From positions 9,217-73,216 of the forward strand of contig NIVC01000192.1 of assembly GCA_002269645.1 (NCBI GenBank): a stretch of DNA of 64,000 bases. Direction: 5' to 3'. This DNA comes from Macrostomum lignano (taxonomy: Eukaryota). Below the pieces are notes generated by a model. That model searched no databases. It was not told where the DNA came from and worked only from the letters and a program-made list of their open reading frames with translations. A program made the translations under genes and the position numbers. Each line of letters starts with the position of its first letter. Within the stretch, counting starts at the first letter, position 1. Below are positions 58,801 through 64,000 of the stretch, in pieces.

Positions 58801-61800
58801 GTTTAGTATTTTTTCTACACCTGCACTAGTAATTCGACGACGTAAAATTTTGAGCATAAAGAAAAGTTCTCAAATTAAAGATAAAAAACTCGTTCATTGC
58901 TACTGAAGCAAGTAGGTAGAGAAATAGGCGTAATTTAATTTCACAGAAAACTATATGATTCCCCTAAGTTTTGAAATATAGAAAAATAAAATGTTAGAAA
59001 AATAACCGAACAGCTCCGCTCTCGGCCTGCGATTGGCTGGGCTGGGGTGAAGTTTAACGAAGATATTATATCATAGATAAAAACTCCTCCATTGGTGATT
59101 AGAAGTCTTTAACTTTCAAACTTTCCCCAGCTGTAATTCTCTACTTCAGATAGAAGTTCTTCTAAGTATCTGAATTCCCGAACAGCGGGAGGGCATAGCA
59201 GTAGTTGGTACGCTGAAGGAACTCTGCCTGTACCCAGTGTAATACATGCGCTTAACTAGATGGGAGAAATCTTCGACTCTCATCACTGCCTGCTTCTCCG
59301 CCACTCCCCCCCCCCCTGACGCTCATTCCCAACGGACTTTATGCAGCTCTGCTGCTGCCGTCTCTCATTTCTGAATTAAAGATCGATATTCGACTTCCCA
59401 GCTCTTCAGCTGGCTCTCTATTTTCATCCCGGCGCTTTCTGTTTCTGTTCCACTGTTCGACTGATAGATTGAGTTCTTGGCTGTCTGATTTCAGTTCTCT
59501 TCTCTGCGATGTCATTGAGATATTTCTGGATCGGCTGAACTCTTTAGCAAGATTGAGATGGGATTTCAGAGATGGGATATGGAATGTGTGAGATTAGATA
59601 TGATGATGAAAAATGGAATCTGTGAAATGTGCTATTAGATATCTGTGAGATTAGATATCGGAGATGGAATCTGGAATCTGTGAGATTAGATATCAGAGAT
59701 GGGATCTGGAATCTGTGAGATTAGATATCGGAGATGGGATCTGGAATCTGTGAGATTAGATATGATGATGAAAAATGGAATCTGTGAAATGTGCTATTAG
59801 ATATCTGAGCTGGGATTTGGAACCTGTGAGATTAGATAATAGGAAATGGAATCTAGAATCTTTCAGATTAGATATGACGATGAAAAATGGAATCTGTGTG
59901 ATTAGATATTGGTGATCGGAGATGGAATCTGTGAGATTAGATATCGGAGATGAGTAGCTGGGTGATCAAATCGGCGAGATTAGATAATAGGAGATGGGAT
60001 CTAGAATCTGTGAGATTAGATATTTGAACTGGGCGATGGAACCTGGGAGATTAGAGATCTGAGATGGGAGTTGGGAGTTGAAATCTGTGAGACTAGATAT
60101 CAGAATTGGCCTCTGGATGTGTGAGATTAGATATCTGACATGGGATATGGGAGACAAAAGACTAGAGATAAAAACCTATAGGCGAGACGGAACAAAAATA
60201 TAAGCATGAAAGAATCTGCAAAATTCTCTGTCAGGGAAACAATCGGCACACTTGCGCTAGGTTCAGTGATGTCGGTGGCCCAGCAGTTGACAGCCGCCTT
60301 ACTCTTATCTGTAGCACAAGCACTTTCACTTTGTCGGCTCCAATAAAAGCAGAAAAATACAAGCCAGTCTGCCCTCGACTTCCCCGTTGTCAACCGTTGT
60401 CTAGTCGGCGGCGAAGATCAAAGCCCAGCATTGATGGCGAAGTGACCAGGGCGGAGGGGGGAGTAAAAAAGTATCGCGCCAGATTCGAGCAATTAATCAC
60501 GGGCGTCGGCAGCCCCAGCCGCTGCCACTATCGCATCTTGCTGTCCTCCTGGCCCCAGCGCCTCAAGCTAATGGGCTCTCAAGAAAAACTATCTGCGTCT
60601 TGCTCCCGGCTTACGGTCAGAGTTGATCTGATGCTGTCAGCGTCTCTCTCCAGGACTTCGATTCTGCACACAGCCTGGTCTAGCACGACTTCCGTCCTGC
60701 AGCGTGGGGTGTGAGAAGTACACTTAAAGTACAGCCTGCTCAACTCTAGTTTCTTGCGACGGCTAGTGAAATTGCGTGTAAGAGGCTGTGTCACCCCCAG
60801 CCTGTGTCAGCCCCATCCTGTGTCTCCCCCAGCCTGTGTCACCCAGCCTGTGTCACCCCCAGCCTGTGTCACCCACAGCCTGTGTCACTCCCAACCTGTG
60901 TCACCCCCAGCCTGTGTCACCCCCAGCCTGTTTCGCCCCCAGCCTGTGTCACCCACAGCCTGTGTCACCCCAGCCTCTGTCACCCCCAGCCTGTGTCACC
61001 CCCAGCCTGTGTCTCCCCCAGCCTGTGTCACCCCCAGCCTCTGTCACCCCAGCCTGTGTCACCCCCAGCCTGTGTCTCCCCCAGCCTGTGTCACCCCCAG
61101 CCTGTGTCTCCCCCAGCCTGTGTCACCCCCAGCCTCTGTCACCCCCAGCCTGTGTCACCCCAGCCTGTGTCTCCCCAGCCTGTGTCACCCACAGACTTAC
61201 CTGGAGCTTTGCCCTCGCCGCAACTTAGATGGAGAATCTTGTAAGACGGATTTCGTCGCCTGTTTCTTCACTTGACGCTGGGGCGAACTCTGAGGCTCAT
61301 CTCTGGCTGCTGTGGGCGGCTGTTTGCGACCCTGCTTACGAATTGTGAACTTTTACGTTTAATTTTTTTAAACGTAAATTTACGTTTAAATTTCACAGAT
61401 TTAGAGTTTTAACTGTCTAACTAACATAATTTTAACCAAGAACTACTTAGTTTTACAGTGTAACTTAATGGCCTAAAGTTAAAGTATTGCTGTTTTGCAA
61501 TGATGCATATAAATTCCAAAATCTAAACATATAAATCCCCTTATTTATTACGAGTACAAAGAAAGGTTTACAAACAATCAATGAACCACTGAAGTAGCCA
61601 TTAATAATAATAATAATAACAATAACAATAATATCTGATTACACCTGCCACAGTTGGGCCAGATATGCAACCGACAGCTCAGCCGCAGCTATTGCGCGGC
61701 GCATTTGAAGGCTGCGTACGGCTGTTCAGTCCAAGGACTGGGGGTCGCCACACACCCTCAATTACTCCAGCTAAAGCTGGCACCCATTTTACAGCTGGGT

Positions 61801-62102
61801 GAACTGAAGCAATGCAGAGAGGGTAAAGTGTCTTGCTCAAGGACACAAATTTTTCTAGTGGGGTCGAGAATCGAACCCCCGACCTTTCAGTCGTAAGTCC
61901 GACGCTCTAACCACGAGGCTACCACCCCCCATAAGATATGAAAGTCATGTTAAAAGCATTAACTTTAGATCTGTTTCCAATAAAAGTAAAAAATGAAATT
62001 CCCATCCAACTACATACATGTAGTTGGTTTTTGGCTTCAACTGCCAAAACTCTGGTTTCATTGCCTTACCTGCAGCCCCGATCTCAAAGCACTGGTTGCC
62101 AT
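55869..62102 (-). CDS. Uncharacterised coiled-coil protein, about 299 aa
   Basis: Proposed exons 62102-62070, 61331-61201, 60696-60615, 57096-56914 and 56339-55869 join GT-AG with matching phases (900 nt). Heptad-like segments EVVLDQAVCRIEVLERDADSIRSTL, LFSRLESLEE and LRLRLDETEQRSRQL. The start codon and both ends of the model are uncertain. Confidence 0.65.
57222..57595 (+). mobile_element. hAT-type MITE (374 bp), third full copy of the CT-rich family
   Basis: Ends CAAGGGT / ACCCTTG, with subterminal blocks shared with 22044 and 39400. TSD not preserved. Confidence 0.75.
57621..58819 (+). mobile_element. TRIM (terminal-repeat retrotransposon in miniature), 1199 bp
   Basis: 310-bp direct repeats 57621-57930 and 58510-58819, each TG...CA, with two substitutions seen. 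PBS TGGCGCCCAA at 57931, a short G-tract before the 3' LTR, and an exact 5-bp TSD CCTGC. TATA (tataaata) and ATTGG motifs in the LTR. The 579-bp interior has no long ORF. Confidence 0.93.
59555..60145. repeat. Degenerate about 34-bp tandem repeat (gagatgggatctggaatctgtgagattagatatc)
   Basis: Recurrent aatctgtgagattagatat core. Confidence 0.8.
60785..61195. repeat. 16-bp minisatellite (agcctgtgtcaccccc) filling most of an intron of the minus-strand gene
   Basis: About 25 units abutting the GTAAGT donor at 61200. Confidence 0.92.
61600..61930 (-). mobile_element. tRNA-SINE family 1, full length with (ATT)n tail
   Basis: Reverse complement has tagcctcgtggttag / gggttcgattc boxes, the CORE-like block and an attatt tail. 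Confidence 0.88.
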
Positions 62103-62504
62103 CTCCCAGCCTGTCGCAGCCCGCCTGTCTCCTTCGCTCACAGAAAGCAGGATCAACAGCAAAAGCAGAAAATCCGAGTATTAAAACATCTCTACTAGAA
62201 GCATTCGATTGGCCAGCATCTGGTTCGATGATGGGAGCTGCCCCCCCCCCTCAGCACTCACAAGGTCTTTCGCCAGGGTAAAGTAATCGAATTTCTGCGG
62301 ATCAAATTTCCTTCCTCATCATGTTGAACTGCTGAGATCGGTGCATCGGCCTCGGGATTCTGATCACTTGCTTACCAGAGTTCAGTTTATAGGGATTCAG
62401 TACTGACTGCTTGTGCTGTAAACTGCTCTATACTACTGGTCTGTATCAGTAGCAGATTTTGGTAAAAATGCGAATATGCAGTTTATACACAATGGATTAT
62501 TTTA

Positions 62505-62796
62505 ATTGATTACACCTGCCCCAATTGGGGCCAGATGTGCAACCGACAACTCAGCCGCAGCTATTGCGCGCGCATCTGAAGGCTGCGTACGGCTGTTCAG
62601 TCCAAGGACTGGGGGGGGGGTCGCCACACACTCTCAATTACCCAGTTAATGCTGGCACCCATTTTACAGCTGGGTGAACTGAAGCAATGCAGAGTTAAGT
62701 GTCTTGCTTAGGACACAAATTGTTCCGAGTGAGATTGGGAATCGAACCCCCGACTTCAAGTCGCGAGTCGACGCTCTAACCCTAGGCTACAGCCCC
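62505..62796 (-). mobile_element. tRNA-SINE family 1
   Basis: Near-identical to 61637-61930. Confidence 0.88.
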
Positions 62797-64000
62797 GTCA
62801 GAATTTATATACAATAAAATAATTTTATACAGTTCTTTGCCAATGAGATCTATCTCAATAGTCTGAATAATTCTGTATCTATTTATCTAAGCCTGTATCA
62901 TCTTTATAAGCCTGTAGAAGTTTGTATAAGCTTCTACCAGTCTGTATAAGCCTGTATCCATCTGTGTAAGCCTATCAGTCTGTATAATCCTGTATCAGCG
63001 TGTATAAGCCTGTATCAGTCTCTACTAGCCTCTATCAGACTGTAACCAGTGTAACAGCCTTTATAAGCTGTAGAAGCTTCTATAAGTCGTTATCTTCAAT
63101 ATTTTCTATAGGGTCAACTGCAGCAAAATACAGTTTACAGGTAATCAAATGGTCAACTTACCTTCAACGCGAATTTGGTACTTCTGGAATCATTTCTTGC
63201 TGCATCTGACTGACAGAACCCTGACAGCTAGCAAGGAAGCTGTAGTATTTTATGCTTGGAATTTGCTTACAACAGCTTGTTAATATCTGCCTCACAGGAG
63301 CACTCATTGCTCAACCAATCAGATTAGAGGTGAGGGGATAAGAAGGCGGGGTACGGGCTAAATTCGAGGGAGAAAAATGAAGCAGATCAGATTAAAGAAA
63401 CATCAGTTGTTGCAAAGATGCTCAGGAACAGGCTTATGGAATGAATTTTTTCACTGAAGACTTTCCTGCAGTGAGAACGGCGGGGTCTAAAATGATTGGA
63501 GCGCCTCAGGGAAGGCGATGTGCCATGAGGTTTTTGGCACTGAGCCAAGCGTATGCTCCGTTCTCCCCTCTCGATGCCCGGCCCCCTGTTCCACTGGAGA
63601 ATCTCTTCTGAAGACACTCAACATTTCCGCTTGAGAAAATCTTGCGTGTCTTTGACTGACAGAAAAATTAGGCAAACACCCTTCATCTCAGTCTGCCGTA
63701 TTTCGGGCTGCTCCATACAAACAGTTGCCTGCCTTATAGCTTCGATTTTTTATGAGAAAAACATTTATAGTTTTCTGTCTGGTCTTGACACGCAAGGATT
63801 TTCTCTGATACTGCAGAAAGCCGGTATGATAGGCAAAGTGTTTTGAATAACTAGGGCTTTAAGCAGATTGTGTTTCCATGAAATTCTGCAGCTGGTCATT
63901 TCAACTGAATCGCGTCATTGTTTTACTGAGTTCTTCCAAAAACAAAAGGTGAAAGTAGTTCATAAAAAATAGATTTCCTCAGGTTTCTATTTCAAAAATC

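Noticed and set aside
5152-61195. CRISPR-like appearance of the 24-40-bp repeat arrays
   Set aside because: Units are directly adjacent with no unique spacers, there are no cas genes, and the context is eukaryotic.
5021-62796. Functional tRNA genes at the A/B-box motifs
   Set aside because: None has a complete cloverleaf with a 3' acceptor strand. All are heads of SINEs or parts of Helitron-like repeats.

Overview
Intron-rich, repeat-saturated animal genomic DNA, not prokaryotic. Exons are GC-rich with GT-AG introns, and there is an interstitial (TTAGGG)n run. The style (a different minisatellite in most long introns, Ala-rich GC-rich exons) suggests a flatworm such as Macrostomum; this is inference only. 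Genes reconstructed by hand: mitochondrial glutamate dehydrogenase (+, 5 exons, 535 aa), a VRK-family kinase with a basic 11-aa repeat tail (+, 2 exons), a 115-aa orphan ORF (+), a degenerate alpha-kinase (eEF2K/MHCK-fold) gene with a frame break (+), a 14-exon receptor guanylyl cyclase (+, about 1151 aa) and an unknown coiled-coil gene (-, about 299 aa). The first 15 kb is a head-to-tail stack of non-autonomous Helitron-like elements (CTAG|TC junctions, GAA-loop hairpins). Each of the longer copies carries a tRNA-like Pol III box followed by a 23- or 24-bp satellite, and the satellite type varies among copies. Also present: several hAT-type MITEs with exact 8-bp TSDs, a hAT transposase relic, two tRNA-SINE families, a Penelope-like relic with a degenerate minimal hammerhead, and an intact young TRIM (310-bp LTRs, PBS, 5-bp TSD). 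Most long ORFs in the supplied track are artefacts of tandem repeats. All coordinates and alignments were read by eye without database searches.
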